Assembly (NCBI GenBank): GCA_001770205.1
Contig: MEQL01000056.1
Span: forward strand, 1-64,000
DNA from: Bdellovibrionales bacterium RIFOXYD12_FULL_39_22
Lineage (GTDB): Bacteria; Bdellovibrionota; Bacteriovoracia; Bacteriovoracales; Bacteriovoracaceae
Length of the DNA stretch: 64,000 nucleotides
Direction of reading: 5' to 3'
Positions 45,112 through 56,749 of this stretch are shown here, piece after piece; within the stretch, counting starts at the first letter, position 1, and each line of letters starts with the position of its first letter. Position numbers and translations under genes: made by a program. Below the pieces are notes generated by a model. The model was not told where the DNA came from. It saw only the letters and a program-made list of their open reading frames with translations, and made no database searches.

Positions 45112-48003
45112 ATGGCAAAGAAAATTTTTGAATTGGCCAAAGAGATGAATCTGGGGGCAATTGAGTTGGTAGAAAAACTGAAGGCCGGTGGTTTCGCAGT
45201 TCGAAATCATATGTCAGAGTTATCCGACGAAGATTTAACGAAAGTGGCAGAACTATTCGCTCCCAAGGAAGCAGAGACTTCGCCGCCAAAAAAAGTAGTT
45301 AAAAAAGTTGTTAAGAAAAAAACGGAAGGAACGCCGGCCAAAAGTTCCCCGGCAACTGTTTCATCTACTGGAATTGCCACCGCAGAGGCCAATAAAGATC
45401 TTGATAAGAAAAGCGATGCGGCCAAGAAAAAAGGCATTGTTGTTCGCAAAAAGGGAATGATTGCGGAAACAACCGATAAAGAAAATTCTACAGATATGCA
45501 GCAGCATTATGAGGCAGTAGAGACAGAACAATCTCATGAGATGGCCGATGATGTTACTACAGAGGAGAGAGTAGAGTTTAATGAGATTGAAAACAATGCG
45601 GTAGAAGCAGAAAACATCACAGATATTGAGGTTGGGCAACACAAGACGCCAGATCATAGCGATGAAAATAAAGAAATTGCTAGCGTGGCCACGCCGCAAA
45701 TTTCTACTTCCAAGCGGCCTTCTCGCCCAAGTGGACTTAGAGTAGTCTCTGTTCCAGTTGTTTCGGAAAAGAAGGTTGTGGCCACTCCAGAGAAGCATTC
45801 GTCGGCCCAGGATAAAGGCGGACAACCGGAAGAAAAAGTGCATCGCTTTACGCCAGTATATATTCCACCAGCAGCAACAGCTGGTGGGAAAAAAGTTGCA
45901 ACTGAGCTTGTAGAGTTTGATGACGCTGATTCTAAAGATGAGAAAAATCACTCCAAAAAGCGCATGGGGGGATTGGCCTCCATGATGTCGGGAAAAATTA
46001 AAGGTGGCGCAAAAATTCGTGACATAAATCTTTTTAGAGCAGAAGACGAATTAAAGTCATATACCGCACTTGGTAGTCTAGGTCGTCCGCTCTATTCGCA
46101 GATGAAAAAGAAAAAGATATACAATGGGCCATCTGACTATACCCATATTACGGAAACCAAAGAATCCAAAAGAGTGATTCATCTTCATCAAGGTGGAACT
46201 ATTTTGGAGATTGCTCAAAAACTAAAAATAAAATTTGAAGCGTTGGCCGACCAGGTTTTAGATATTAATTTACTGGTTAATCCAGAGGATTATGTTGGGA
46301 TAAAACTGGCGCAAGAGATCGCCGCCCTTTATAGCTATCGCGTTGAGGATGTGGCCTTTGATGAGCAAGAAGTTATTGGAAAGGTCGAGTTGAGCGAAGA
46401 TCAAAAAAATAATTTACCGCTGAGAAACCCCATTATTACCATTATGGGACATGTCGATCATGGAAAAACAACGCTTCTTGATTATATTAGACACGAAAAA
46501 GTTGCAGCGGGAGAAGCTGGAGGAATTACTCAACACATTGGAGCTTATTCGGTGAAGGTTGGAGATAGTACGCTAACTTTCTTAGATACCCCCGGACACG
46601 CCGCTTTTGCAGCGATGAGACAGCGAGGTGCCCAAGTCACTGATATTGTAGTTTTGGTAGTGGCGGCAGATGATGGGGTTATGCCTCAGACAGTAGAATC
46701 TATTCGTTTTTGCAAGAATGTTGAAGTGCCAATGATTGTGGCCATTAACAAGATGGATAAGGAAGGAGCAAATCCTGATCGAATCAAGCAAGCGTTGACA
46801 GAATTTGAAATTACTCCGGAGGAATGGGGTGGAACCACCCAATTTGTAAATATTTCGGCACTAAAAGGCGATGGAGTAGATAATTTGCTAGAGGCCATTG
46901 CTTTGCAAGCGGAAATTTTAGAATTGCGTGCTGATCCTAAGGGCCCAGCGCAAGGCTTTGTTGTGGAGTCCAAAATTGAACAAGGTAGAGGCCCGGTAGC
47001 AACTGTTTTAATTCAAAGTGGGACACTAACTAAGGGTGATTATGTGGTAGTGGGAGAATGCTATGGACGCGCCCGAAGCTTAACTGATCATCGCGGCGAA
47101 CAATTACAGGAAGCTGGCCCATCCACTCCTGTACAAATTTTAGGTATAGATGAACCGCCCAACCCTGGAGATATTTTACACACAGTTAAAAACGAGCGAG
47201 AGGCCAAAAAAATTGTAAGTAATCGAACGACAGAGAGAAAAGAGTTAGAGCAATCTCCAACGCAGAAAAAGCTTTCTTTAGAAGATTTCTTTACTTTGAG
47301 TCAAGATAGTACTTCAGATCGAAAAGAGCTTAAATTGGTTATACGTGCAGACGTTAATGGTTCTTTTGAAGCAATAAAACAGTCAGTTGAGCCTTTGTCT
47401 AATAGCGAAGTGGCGGTGAAAGTTATTGGTGGAGGCGTCGGCCCTATTACTGACAGCGATGTAAGCTTGGCCAGCTCCTCTTCGGGATTCATTATTGGCT
47501 TTAATATGCGTCCGGTTACTACTGCAAGAAAACTTGCGGAATTAAAAGGCGTGGATATTAAGACTTATTCGATAATTTATGAATTATTAAATGACATAAA
47601 ATTGGCAATGGAGGGATTATTAACTCCAGAGACAAGTGAAGCATTTATCGGTCGTGCCGAGGTTAAGGACACATTCGTCATTCCAAAGGTCGGAGTTATT
47701 GCTGGCTCAATGGTCATTGATGGAAAAATAGAACGCGGATGTAAGATTCGACTATTGCGAGATGGGAAAATTGTTCACGATGGACAGCTATCTTCACTTA
47801 AACGCTTTAAAGATGACGCTAAAGAAGTTAATAATGGTTATGAGTGTGGTATCGCGCTAGAGAAATTTAATGACATAAAGGTTGGAGATATTTTCGAAGC
47901 ATATAAAATTGAGATTAAGAAGCGAACGCTGGAAGACGTTGCTAAGGATGAGGCCAAGGCGGCCAAAAATAGTGCTAAAGCAGAGCATCATGCCTCTGTG
48001 TAA
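45112..48003 (+). CDS. infB: translation initiation factor IF-2
   Basis: [46 protein letters not shown]. Confidence 0.98.
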   Translation: MAKKIFELAKEMNLGAIELVEKLKAGGFAVRNHMSELSDEDLTKVAELFAPKEAETSPPKKVVKKVVKKKTEGTPAKSSPATVSSTGIATAEANKDLDKKSDAAKKKGIVVRKKGMIAETTDKENSTDMQQHYEAVETEQSHEMADDVTTEERVEFNEIENNAVEAENITDIEVGQHKTPDHSDENKEIASVATPQISTSKRPSRPSGLRVVSVPVVSEKKVVATPEKHSSAQDKGGQPEEKVHRFTPVYIPPAATAGGKKVATELVEFDDADSKDEKNHSKKRMGGLASMMSGKIKGGAKIRDINLFRAEDELKSYTALGSLGRPLYSQMKKKKIYNGPSDYTHITETKESKRVIHLHQGGTILEIAQKLKIKFEALADQVLDINLLVNPEDYVGIKLAQEIAALYSYRVEDVAFDEQEVIGKVELSEDQKNNLPLRNPIITIMGHVDHGKTTLLDYIRHEKVAAGEAGGITQHIGAYSVKVGDSTLTFLDTPGHAAFAAMRQRGAQVTDIVVLVVAADDGVMPQTVESIRFCKNVEVPMIVAINKMDKEGANPDRIKQALTEFEITPEEWGGTTQFVNISALKGDGVDNLLEAIALQAEILELRADPKGPAQGFVVESKIEQGRGPVATVLIQSGTLTKGDYVVVGECYGRARSLTDHRGEQLQEAGPSTPVQILGIDEPPNPGDILHTVKNEREAKKIVSNRTTERKELEQSPTQKKLSLEDFFTLSQDSTSDRKELKLVIRADVNGSFEAIKQSVEPLSNSEVAVKVIGGGVGPITDSDVSLASSSSGFIIGFNMRPVTTARKLAELKGVDIKTYSIIYELLNDIKLAMEGLLTPETSEAFIGRAEVKDTFVIPKVGVIAGSMVIDGKIERGCKIRLLRDGKIVHDGQLSSLKRFKDDAKEVNNGYECGIALEKFNDIKVGDIFEAYKIEIKKRTLEDVAKDEAKAAKNSAKAEHHASV

Positions 48004-48026
48004 TACACTACAGCGTGGAAGGTTTT

Positions 48027-48401
48027 ATGAATACAACCGGTAATAAGAAGAATAACTTTAAAAAAGAGCGCTACCAAGAGATGGTTTTACAGGAGGTAAA
48101 TCTGTTGCTGCGCACTAAGATGTCTGATGCACGGTTGCAGCGAGTGACAATTACCAAAGTGGAATTAACAGCAGACTACTCAATTGCCAAGCTATATTGG
48201 GATGTTTTTGATAGCACAATTAAAGTCCAAGTAGAAAAGGCAATAGTGGGAGTAGCTCCCAAGATTCGTTCAATGTTGGCCACCATTTTAAAGGTTCGTC
48301 ATACACCGCAAATTCATTTTTTATATGATGCCCAATTTGAGTCAGAGCATAATATTATTCAGATTTTACAAGAAGAAGTAAAGTTGGGAAAAAATTACTA
48401 A
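48027..48401 (+). CDS. rbfA: ribosome-binding factor A
   Basis: DARL..VTITKVELTADYS.AK, RHTPQIHF.YD; synteny. Confidence 0.93.
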   Translation: MNTTGNKKNNFKKERYQEMVLQEVNLLLRTKMSDARLQRVTITKVELTADYSIAKLYWDVFDSTIKVQVEKAIVGVAPKIRSMLATILKVRHTPQIHFLYDAQFESEHNIIQILQEEVKLGKNY

Positions 48402-49391
48402 ATGTATTCTAAAATGGCCGAGCAGTCATTCCGCTATTCTCCGACTGTTTTTAATATTTTTAAATCGGCCGGACAGACTTCGTATGACGTTGTTCGTCTA
48501 CTAAAAAAAATTCTTCCAGGTGATTTTGGTAAAATTGGCCATTTTGGTACGCTGGATCCATTTGCATCTGGAGTATTGCTAGTGGGGGTCGGAGGTGCGG
48601 CCAGATTAAATGAACTTATTCATGAGAAGCTTCCCAAAACCTACTTGGCCATTGGTAAACTGGGAGTGCAAACGGATTCGGGAGATCCTACCTCGCCGGC
48701 AATTAATTTTGATAGTTCAGAATATTTACAAACAGTTATTGCAAAATTTGACAAAAAGTTTATCGAAGACTTTTTGCGACAAAAATTTTTAGGCGATTAT
48801 TGGCAATCACCACCTAAACATTCCGCTACTAAATTTCAAGGGCGTGCATTACATGAATGGGCCCGCGAAGGTGTGGAAATAAAAAAGGAAGCAGTAAAGA
48901 GAGTTATTTATAAAATTGAAGTAGTAAAATATGCTTTTCCCTATCTGAGTGTGCGATTTGAGGTTGGCAGTGGAACCTATATTCGCACTTTATTTGAAGA
49001 TTGTGCAAGAGAGCTTGGTACATTGGGGTCTTTAGTGGGATTGGTGCGAGAATCAATTGGACAGATGCACATGCGCGATTCATTGAATTTATCTAGAATG
49101 ATGCCGAGAATAAGGGGATTGTCTGGAGAAGAGATAATGCGTCAGGGAGTTCCGATTGAAAGGGTGTTAAAATTTGGAGTAATTGTTTTGAATGAAAAGA
49201 TGAGCTTTAAATTTAATAATGGTGTCCAATTGTCGGGTGAGGATTTGAAAGATTGTCAGCGTATTGGCCAAGAAATTATGGGATCGCACCGATGGATTTC
49301 TGGAAAAAATTCAGATAGATTATTAGGATTGGCCGAAGAGCTAAAAAACGGAGCAGGCAGTCTGCTTCGTCCATTAATTATTTTTTCGTAG
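48402..49391 (+). CDS. truB: tRNA pseudouridine(55) synthase
   Basis: KIGHFGTLDPFASGVL, Q.PP..SA.K..G, GSGTYIRTL. Confidence 0.95.
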   Translation: MYSKMAEQSFRYSPTVFNIFKSAGQTSYDVVRLLKKILPGDFGKIGHFGTLDPFASGVLLVGVGGAARLNELIHEKLPKTYLAIGKLGVQTDSGDPTSPAINFDSSEYLQTVIAKFDKKFIEDFLRQKFLGDYWQSPPKHSATKFQGRALHEWAREGVEIKKEAVKRVIYKIEVVKYAFPYLSVRFEVGSGTYIRTLFEDCARELGTLGSLVGLVRESIGQMHMRDSLNLSRMMPRIRGLSGEEIMRQGVPIERVLKFGVIVLNEKMSFKFNNGVQLSGEDLKDCQRIGQEIMGSHRWISGKNSDRLLGLAEELKNGAGSLLRPLIIFS

Positions 49392-49413
49392 GATATTAAA
49401 GGAGTAAAAAAGT

Positions 49414-50061
49414 ATGAAATTATTTTTATGTTTAGCAATGATGGTGTCATCAGTAATCGCCGAAGAAACTTCGGGAACGATTGAAAAAGGATTAAGAATT
49501 TTAGAAATCAAGGCCGATACTGCCGAGAATAACTATACTGTATATCGTGGCGATTATGTAAAATTCAAATTAGATCCGGCACTGAAAGAAATAGAATTTA
49601 ATATTCCTGATTTGCAGTTTAAAGAGAAGGTCTCTTCTGATTTAGATAAGTCGAAGTTAGTAAAAATGGCAAAGGTCGGAGAGTTTTCGTATACGCTAGG
49701 TAATTTTAAAGGAAAAATTAAAGTTATCGAATATCAGCAGGCCAACTATAAATTCATTGAGGCCAAAGAGGCCAAAGAGTTGATTGATAATGTACGGCCC
49801 CTCATTATCGATGTTCGAACTGCTGGAGAATATGCACAGGGTAAAATTGCTGGGTCATTGCTTATTCCTATAGATGAAATACAAATGCGATATTCGGAAA
49901 TAGAAAAATATAAAAACCAGGATGTATTTATTTACTGCGCAAGTGGAAATCGAAGCACTGTGGCCGCTCGAATTTTAATTAATAATGGATTTAAGCGCAT
50001 CTATAATCTTAAAAATGGTATTGCCGGCTGGCAGGCCAGTGGTTATTCAGTAGAAAAGTAA
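49414..50061 (+). CDS. exported rhodanese-domain protein with N-terminal beta-sandwich
   Basis: IIDVRT..EY..G.I.GS..IP, YCASGNRS, NLKNGI.GW; signal peptide. Confidence 0.85.
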   Translation: MKLFLCLAMMVSSVIAEETSGTIEKGLRILEIKADTAENNYTVYRGDYVKFKLDPALKEIEFNIPDLQFKEKVSSDLDKSKLVKMAKVGEFSYTLGNFKGKIKVIEYQQANYKFIEAKEAKELIDNVRPLIIDVRTAGEYAQGKIAGSLLIPIDEIQMRYSEIEKYKNQDVFIYCASGNRSTVAARILINNGFKRIYNLKNGIAGWQASGYSVEK

Positions 50062-50062
50062 A

Positions 50063-51136
50063 TTATTTTTTAGCATATATTTCTAAATAGCGCTGGGCCG
50101 CCATTTTCCAGGAAAAAGAAGAGGTATGAGCAATTGCCTTAGTAGCATAGGAAAGAGGGTCTCTTGCAACGGTTGCTAGTTGGCGTAAAATCACTTCTCG
50201 CATATGTTCTGCTTGAAAATTTTCAAAATAAAAAGCATGCGGCCCGCCAATTTCTGGAAGGCCAGTGTGGCGGGATAGAAAAACTGGCCGCCCCAAACTC
50301 ATGGCCTCTGCAACGGGAATACCAAATCCTTCAAAAAGTGAAGGAAATAAAAGAGCTTCGCAATTTTTATAAAGCCAAAACTTATCCTCTTCGCTAATGG
50401 TCCCCGGCATTATGAAGCGATTTGTTAGTCCAGCGTCTTTTAATTGTTGCAAAATATTTTGGGCATAAGGGTGAAAAGTTGTTCCGGCCAAAATGAAATT
50501 ATATTCGGGCATAGAGCGCGCTAAATCGATTAATACATGAAAGTTTTTTTTTGGCAAAATAGCACCAATGGAAAAGAAAAACTTACTCTTAGAATCAAAT
50601 GAATTAAAAAAAGTTGGCCGATGGGGACTATCAAAATGGGTAAGTGCAATACCGTTATAAATAACGGAGGCCTTGGATGGATCAATTGTTAAGCTTTCGC
50701 TAACTTGTTTTTTGGTAAATTGTGAAATAAAAACTACGTGGGTGGCCCGATCAATTTTTTTTTGCAAAGTTTTTTTATAGCGATTAAGAACACGTGGGGA
50801 ACGCTTGCTTTCAAAAATGAAGTTTAAATCATGAATGGTTAAAATATAGCGAGTTTGACGATTGCCTGGCAAGTAAGGAGAGTCCTGGTGTGTGGCATGC
50901 CATACCTTTGATTTGGGGGCCAGAAAAGATAGGTTTTTATAAATTTTATTCAAAATAAGTGGAGGGTTATTATTTCGATGGCCGGCAAAGATAGTTGAGG
51001 ATTTTGGTGGCAAAAGAAAGTGCAGTTTATTTTCGAAAGAATTGGCCAAAAGCTCGCGGCCCAGGTGATAACAAAACTGACCTAGTCCGCTAAAGGGATC
51101 TTGTATTTTTTCCATTTCAACGATAACATCAAACAT
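50063..51136 (-). CDS. glycosyltransferase family 4 (GT-B)
   Basis: TIHDL, KKNF, FPSLFEGFGIPVAEAM..G.PV, FSW...A; start set at ATG 51136. Confidence 0.9.
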   Translation of the reverse strand: MFDVIVEMEKIQDPFSGLGQFCYHLGRELLANSFENKLHFLLPPKSSTIFAGHRNNNPPLILNKIYKNLSFLAPKSKVWHATHQDSPYLPGNRQTRYILTIHDLNFIFESKRSPRVLNRYKKTLQKKIDRATHVVFISQFTKKQVSESLTIDPSKASVIYNGIALTHFDSPHRPTFFNSFDSKSKFFFSIGAILPKKNFHVLIDLARSMPEYNFILAGTTFHPYAQNILQQLKDAGLTNRFIMPGTISEEDKFWLYKNCEALLFPSLFEGFGIPVAEAMSLGRPVFLSRHTGLPEIGGPHAFYFENFQAEHMREVILRQLATVARDPLSYATKAIAHTSSFSWKMAAQRYLEIYAKK

Positions 51137-51237
51137 GCCTATTCCCCTATGATATTGATATAGATGAGCGTTGGTTAGGCCATCATATTCAAGGATAATC
51201 CAAAGAACAAATATAAAAAGCATCAAGGAGCAATATT

Positions 51238-52560
51238 GTGTCAGAAAGTAATTTGAAATCAATGGCAGAATTAGTCAGTTTATCCAAGCGAAGAGGTTAT
51301 GTTTTTCAAAGTTCAGAAATTTATGGCGGACTTGGCTCATGTTGGGACTATGGCCCGTTGGGGGTGGAGCTTAAAAAAAATATACAGGCCCGCTGGTGGA
51401 AGGCCATGACTTATCGTGAGGATATTTCGGGAATTGATGCTTCTATTTTGATGCATCCAACGGTTTGGAAGGCATCGGGACATATAGATAACTTCACCGA
51501 TCCATTAGTTGATTGCAAAAAATGTAAAGCACGCTTTAGAGAAGATCAAATTGACCTAACAAAACCATGTCCGGCCTGCGGTGAGAAGGGAAGTTTTACC
51601 GAACCTCGTGCTTTCAATTTGATGTTTAGTACAAAAATGGGAGCAGTTGAAGATGCTGCCTCCACTATCTATCTGCGTCCAGAAACTTGCCAGGGTATTT
51701 TTACAAATTTTTTAAATGTGCAAGCGACGATGCGTCTGAAGTTGCCGTTTGGGATTGCTCAAATAGGTAAAGCATTCCGTAATGAAATTACTCCTGGGAA
51801 TTTTATTTTTAGAACTCGCGAATTTGAGCAGATGGAGATGCAATACTTTGTTCGGCCGGGGACGCAGATGGAGCACATGGAAAAATGGAAAGAGATTCGT
51901 TGGAACTGGCATCTAGAAAATGGCCTCCGCCCAGAACGATTACGCTGGGCCCCACACACTAAACTTGCCCACTATGCAGATGCTGCAATTGACATTGAAT
52001 ATGAATTTCCGATGGGGTGGGGAGAGATGGAGGGAATTCACTCTCGAACCAATTTTGATTTAACCCAGCATCAACAATATTCTGGGAAAAATTTACAGTA
52101 TGTTGATCAGGCAGATAATAACAACAAATATATCCCTTACGTTATTGAGACATCTGTAGGAAGCGATCGAACAATTCTTGCATTAATGTGTGATGCTTAT
52201 CGCTTGGAAAATGAGGGGGGCGGAGAGAGTGAACGGACTGTAATGCGATTTAAGCCAGACATCGCACCTATAAAAGTTGCTGTTTTGCCGCTGATGAAAA
52301 AGACTGACTTAGAAGATAAAGCGCGGCCAATTTTTGCAGATATACAAAAAAATTACCGTGCGGAATATGACACTTCTGGTTCCATTGGTAAGCGTTATCG
52401 GCGACAAGATGAAATAGGAACCCCCTTCTGTATCACAGTAGATTATGACTCCTTAACCGATAATGCGGTTACTGTGCGAGAACGTGATTCAATGAAACAA
52501 GAGCGGATTGCGATTGATAATTTGAAAAGATACTTAAGTGACAAGTTGCAACTAAATTGA
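51238..52560 (+). CDS. glyQS: glycine--tRNA ligase (homodimeric alpha2 type)
   Basis: EIYGG...[50 protein letters not shown]. Confidence 0.96.
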   Translation: MSESNLKSMAELVSLSKRRGYVFQSSEIYGGLGSCWDYGPLGVELKKNIQARWWKAMTYREDISGIDASILMHPTVWKASGHIDNFTDPLVDCKKCKARFREDQIDLTKPCPACGEKGSFTEPRAFNLMFSTKMGAVEDAASTIYLRPETCQGIFTNFLNVQATMRLKLPFGIAQIGKAFRNEITPGNFIFRTREFEQMEMQYFVRPGTQMEHMEKWKEIRWNWHLENGLRPERLRWAPHTKLAHYADAAIDIEYEFPMGWGEMEGIHSRTNFDLTQHQQYSGKNLQYVDQADNNNKYIPYVIETSVGSDRTILALMCDAYRLENEGGGESERTVMRFKPDIAPIKVAVLPLMKKTDLEDKARPIFADIQKNYRAEYDTSGSIGKRYRRQDEIGTPFCITVDYDSLTDNAVTVRERDSMKQERIAIDNLKRYLSDKLQLN

Positions 52561-53486
52561 GCGATTATTCTTTTATGATGAATAGTTTGCAAAAATATTG
52601 TCAAAAAGAATTGGCCAAGCAAAAATTTGATTGTTTGGCCGTCGGAGCGTTTGATCTAAATTCCGCAGAGATTTTTTTTTTTGAATTAACTAAAAATAAA
52701 TCCTATCTTAATACTTCCCCAATTTATTTTGATTTGGCCAGCTTGACTAAACCACTTACTTTGGGCGTTCTTTATTTAGAGAATGAAAAAATATTTGATG
52801 AAGAGATGCTTTTGCTTCTTGAACATAGGGCCGGACTACCGGCCCATGGGAGACTGGCCAAGAGTGAGTGGCGAGATTTTATTTCGTCTTATGCCATAAA
52901 AGCTACAACTACGACTTATTCAGATTTTTCCGCACTACGATTAATGCTGGAGTTAGAAAAAAAACTAGGTGTTAATTTAAAAAAACGCTGCGAGACCTAT
53001 TGGGACCAAGAACTTTTATATTGGAAAGATTTATCTCCTGGCAAAAATTGTGCTGTCACAGGATTGCGCGGGGGGCGAGAAATAACAGCTGTTGTGCATG
53101 ATGACAATGCTTTTGTGCTTGATGAATTTGTTGTTCACGCTGGACTCTTTGCTACCGTAGAGGGATTGTGCAAAACTCTGATAAATATTAATAAAAAATT
53201 AAATCTTCAAAAAAAAATTCTAGATGTATTGGCCACCAAAAAAGAGGGGCGCTTCGTACGGGGATGGGATATTGCCACCGGAGAGACTTCATTGGCCGGG
53301 CCAGGGTTCGTAGGCCCCACAATCGGTCATTTGGGATTTACGGGAACTTCTTTATGGATTGATTTAAAAAGCGGTAAGGGATATGCCCTTCTAACCAATT
53401 ATACTCAATATGCTAACTATGAACGGATGGCCTTAAATAAACTACGACGTGAGGTAGGTAGTTTTATTTGGAATAATTTTACCTAA
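52557..53486 (+). CDS. serine hydrolase, beta-lactamase family
   Basis: FDLASLTK (SxxK), [35 protein letters not shown]. Confidence 0.88.
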   Translation: MSDYSFMMNSLQKYCQKELAKQKFDCLAVGAFDLNSAEIFFFELTKNKSYLNTSPIYFDLASLTKPLTLGVLYLENEKIFDEEMLLLLEHRAGLPAHGRLAKSEWRDFISSYAIKATTTTYSDFSALRLMLELEKKLGVNLKKRCETYWDQELLYWKDLSPGKNCAVTGLRGGREITAVVHDDNAFVLDEFVVHAGLFATVEGLCKTLININKKLNLQKKILDVLATKKEGRFVRGWDIATGETSLAGPGFVGPTIGHLGFTGTSLWIDLKSGKGYALLTNYTQYANYERMALNKLRREVGSFIWNNFT

Positions 53487-53501
53487 GAAGGAAGGTGAGA
53501 G

Positions 53502-54956
53502 ATGGATCTTTCCAGCATGATTTCGATTGATGATTTAATAAAAAAACAAGACACAATGAAGCGCATATTTTTTTATCGTATTTGCGGAACAGGAATGGGG
53601 GCAGCGGCCTGTTTACTCAAAGAGAAAGGCCTGGCGGTGGAAGGAGGAGACAGTGTTTATGCACCACCTATGAGTGATTATTTAAAAAGATTAAAGATCC
53701 CGTGTCACCTACTTAGTGAAGTTAGTGAAGAGGATTTAAAAAAATTTGATCTGATTGTTGTTGGGAACGTTGTCCCTCGTGACGGGATAGATGCTAAGCG
53801 CATAGAAAAATCAGGAGTGCCCTTTGTCTCTTTTCCACAGGCCCTGGGAGCACTTGTGCTAAGGAATATAAACGTTGTGGGTATTGCGGGTACACATGGG
53901 AAGACAACAACGACTTATTTGGCAACACAACTTTTTGAAAAGCTAGGTGAGAACCCAGGATATTTAGTGGGAGGAGTTATTGAGGGTAGAAATTCTGCTG
54001 CGCTGGGAAATGGCAAGTACTTCTTCATTGAGTCTGATGAATATGATAGTGCCTACTTTGATAAAATATCTAAGTTTAGAAATTATTTTATCAATGATTT
54101 GATTTTAACTTCCTTAGAGTATGATCATGCAGATATTTTTGCCAACGTAGAGGCAATAAAAGATCAGTTTCGAGCGGCGATGCCAAATATTGATGGAAAA
54201 TTTATTTTCAATACTGATTTTTCAGATCTTCGCAATTTGAGTGAGGAGTTTTTTAAAAACGGGCCTTATTCTGAACGAGAAGTTTTTTTCTATGGAGATA
54301 ATTATAAACCAGGCCCTCGGATTATGTTGGCCACCTCCTCAGGAACAACCTTTAAAATTAACTTCAAAGAGCAGGAGTATCTCTTTAAAACTAATATTAC
54401 TGGTAAGCAAAATATTTTAAATCTTTCGGCCACGATTATTTATGCTTTAACGGAAGGATTTACCTATCAGGCAATTAATCATGCCATTGCGGATTTAAAA
54501 ATGGTGAAGCGTCGGCAAGAATATAAGGGGCAATACAAAGGAGCTATTTTTATCGATGATTTTGCTCATCACCCCAGCGCCATTTCTATTACTTTGGATG
54601 CTATTAAAACCACACATCCAGAAAAAAATCTCATTGCTATTTTTGAACCGGCCTCCGCCACTGCGCGTAGTGCTATTTTTGAAAAAGAATATCTCAATGT
54701 TTTTGGACAGAGTATTTTGGCCATTATTTTACGGCCAGAGCGAGAAACTACAGCAATAAATAGCAACACCTTGGATGTGTTTAAGCTGGCCCAGGGACTA
54801 TCGGCCAAAGGCGTGAGGGCAGTAGGAGTAGAGAGCTTGGAAGTGTTAATTGAGATGATTGAAAATAATGCTAGCGATAAAACGATTTTTGCTTTTTTAA
54901 GTAATAGTACTATGCGGGGTTTCTGGCAGAGTGAATTTGCGAGTAAGATAAAATGA
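53502..54956 (+). CDS. mpl: UDP-MurNAc:tripeptide ligase (murein peptide ligase, Mur ligase family)
   Basis: ICGTGMG, YAPPMS, GTHGKTTT, E.DEYDSAYFDK.SKF, EYDHADIF, KRRQE, DDFAHHP. Confidence 0.88.
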   Translation: MDLSSMISIDDLIKKQDTMKRIFFYRICGTGMGAAACLLKEKGLAVEGGDSVYAPPMSDYLKRLKIPCHLLSEVSEEDLKKFDLIVVGNVVPRDGIDAKRIEKSGVPFVSFPQALGALVLRNINVVGIAGTHGKTTTTYLATQLFEKLGENPGYLVGGVIEGRNSAALGNGKYFFIESDEYDSAYFDKISKFRNYFINDLILTSLEYDHADIFANVEAIKDQFRAAMPNIDGKFIFNTDFSDLRNLSEEFFKNGPYSEREVFFYGDNYKPGPRIMLATSSGTTFKINFKEQEYLFKTNITGKQNILNLSATIIYALTEGFTYQAINHAIADLKMVKRRQEYKGQYKGAIFIDDFAHHPSAISITLDAIKTTHPEKNLIAIFEPASATARSAIFEKEYLNVFGQSILAIILRPERETTAINSNTLDVFKLAQGLSAKGVRAVGVESLEVLIEMIENNASDKTIFAFLSNSTMRGFWQSEFASKIK

Positions 54957-54974
54957 TGTAATTTATGGAGATGT

Positions 54975-56678
54975 TTGTTGATGCTTAATCTGTTTTTCTT
55001 CTTATATGTACTACTTGAGGGAGTGGCCTTCGGGTCAGAAGCAATCGATGATCAGCTTGTAATTAATAAGTACGATGTTATTCAGAAGAATTTTTCGAAC
55101 TCCTTTTGTCCAGCAGGAACAGAAGAAAAATTTTGGCGCTTGTATCGAGATTTTAAGGGAGATGGAAATCATGTTCCACTTTTGCCAGATGGAAAACTTG
55201 ATAGTGAAACTATAAAAAAACATTTGCCAGAAATGGTAAGAAAAATTGCGTGGATTCGCGGGTTGATTCCGCTTATACCGAATAATGCGGAATTAAAAAT
55301 TATACGCAACTCGATACTTTCATTTAGAAAAAATATCAATCAACTACTAAAGCACAAAAATGATTTTAATGAGAGCACTGTAGGCAAAAGCAAAATAGAA
55401 AGTTTGGCCAGGTCGAAGTTAGAATTTATTGCCTTTAGTGAAAAATTTGATGCACTAATGAAGAGGATTAGTTTTTTACAAGGCTATCTTTTTCCTGTCG
55501 ATCACCTTAAGTGGCGCTTAGAACATGATCTTTACAAAGATAAAAACGATCTTGCATCTATTAAAAAGGCCAACGATCTTGCTTTTTATCGTCGGATTTT
55601 AGAGGACGGAGCACAAAATAAGGACAATACTCAAAGCGATTTAATGCTTAGGACTGCACTAAACACTCTGTTTTTGGAGGCCCAAAAAGAGCAGGATTTT
55701 ATTTCAGAGGTGCTGCGTTCTGATTTAATTTATATTTTAGATCAGATCGATATGATGCTACGGAAAGGACAAAAACAGTTGATTGAGCGCACACAGGAAT
55801 GGGCCGATAGAACTGAGCGCAAATATAATTTTTATAAAACACTTTGTGAAAATAGTATGCAAAATGAAAAGCAATACCTAGGCCAACGCGCACAAGCGTT
55901 AATTGCTTTGCGTGATTTCGTGCTAAATAAACAAGCAGACATTTATAAGTTTTGGATAAAACAAGAAGATTTGCTGATGAAGATATTTATTATCGAGACA
56001 ATTTTATTTAATGAGGTTGGAAGAGTAGATGGGGCAGATGCATTAGAACGTCGAGATATTGCAGAGGTGGTTATTAATCGCGCCAAAGATCCTATCTACT
56101 CAACCCTGGATAAGGATGATGATATATTCTACTATCTAGATGATCACCTAAAGGGGATTGTGCAAAATTATCCCTGGGCAAATGTCCTTTTTAAAGAAGG
56201 AGAATTTTCGTTTACTTATTATTTTATAGCAGGAACGGTGAGGGTTTTTTGTCCTTCGATGAATCGTCAATCAACTAAATTGCGGCATGAAAATGTGAAA
56301 ATTGCTCTGGACTCTATCTATAAGTCAGAAAATAATTTTCCGGCCATTCGCTATTATTCTCGCGCTTCCATGGTCGGCAGAATTAGCATGGATAGTGTAT
56401 GGAATACGTTTAAGCCTATTTCCGAACGCCCTGGACTTTCGGTGGAGGCATCGCTTAATGAACGATTGCGCCAGCGATATGTTCAGGGTAACTATCACTA
56501 CCTTTACCATTTTATAGATTCATTTGGACGGCCATACAAAGTGATCGAAATAGATGGACGCAACTATGTTCACCTGACGGGGCAATTGAATTTTTTTAAA
56601 CATAGAAATCCCCACCTCTTTAAGTATTTTCAAGTTGGGCCAAAACAAACCTCGAACATTTTGTTGAATACCCAGTAG
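54975..56678 (+). CDS. secreted protein with putative SleB/CwlJ-like (Hydrolase_2) lytic transglycosylase domain
   Basis: Signal peptide, long helical region, then [35 protein letters not shown]. Confidence 0.6.
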   Translation: MLMLNLFFFLYVLLEGVAFGSEAIDDQLVINKYDVIQKNFSNSFCPAGTEEKFWRLYRDFKGDGNHVPLLPDGKLDSETIKKHLPEMVRKIAWIRGLIPLIPNNAELKIIRNSILSFRKNINQLLKHKNDFNESTVGKSKIESLARSKLEFIAFSEKFDALMKRISFLQGYLFPVDHLKWRLEHDLYKDKNDLASIKKANDLAFYRRILEDGAQNKDNTQSDLMLRTALNTLFLEAQKEQDFISEVLRSDLIYILDQIDMMLRKGQKQLIERTQEWADRTERKYNFYKTLCENSMQNEKQYLGQRAQALIALRDFVLNKQADIYKFWIKQEDLLMKIFIIETILFNEVGRVDGADALERRDIAEVVINRAKDPIYSTLDKDDDIFYYLDDHLKGIVQNYPWANVLFKEGEFSFTYYFIAGTVRVFCPSMNRQSTKLRHENVKIALDSIYKSENNFPAIRYYSRASMVGRISMDSVWNTFKPISERPGLSVEASLNERLRQRYVQGNYHYLYHFIDSFGRPYKVIEIDGRNYVHLTGQLNFFKHRNPHLFKYFQVGPKQTSNILLNTQ

Positions 56679-56692
56679 CGTTAATATATACT
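56664..56692 (+). promoter_or_regulatory. sigma70 promoter of metK
   Basis: TTGAAT-N17-TATACT about 58 nt upstream of the ATG. Confidence 0.55.
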
Positions 56693-56749
56693 CCTAATTC
56701 AGTCGATAGAAATAAATTCAAAAAAGCTAGTTATTTTTTAATTACGGAG

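Noticed and set aside
56693..56749. Possible SAM riboswitch before metK
   Set aside because: The leader is short and AT-rich with no SAM-I/II core motifs.
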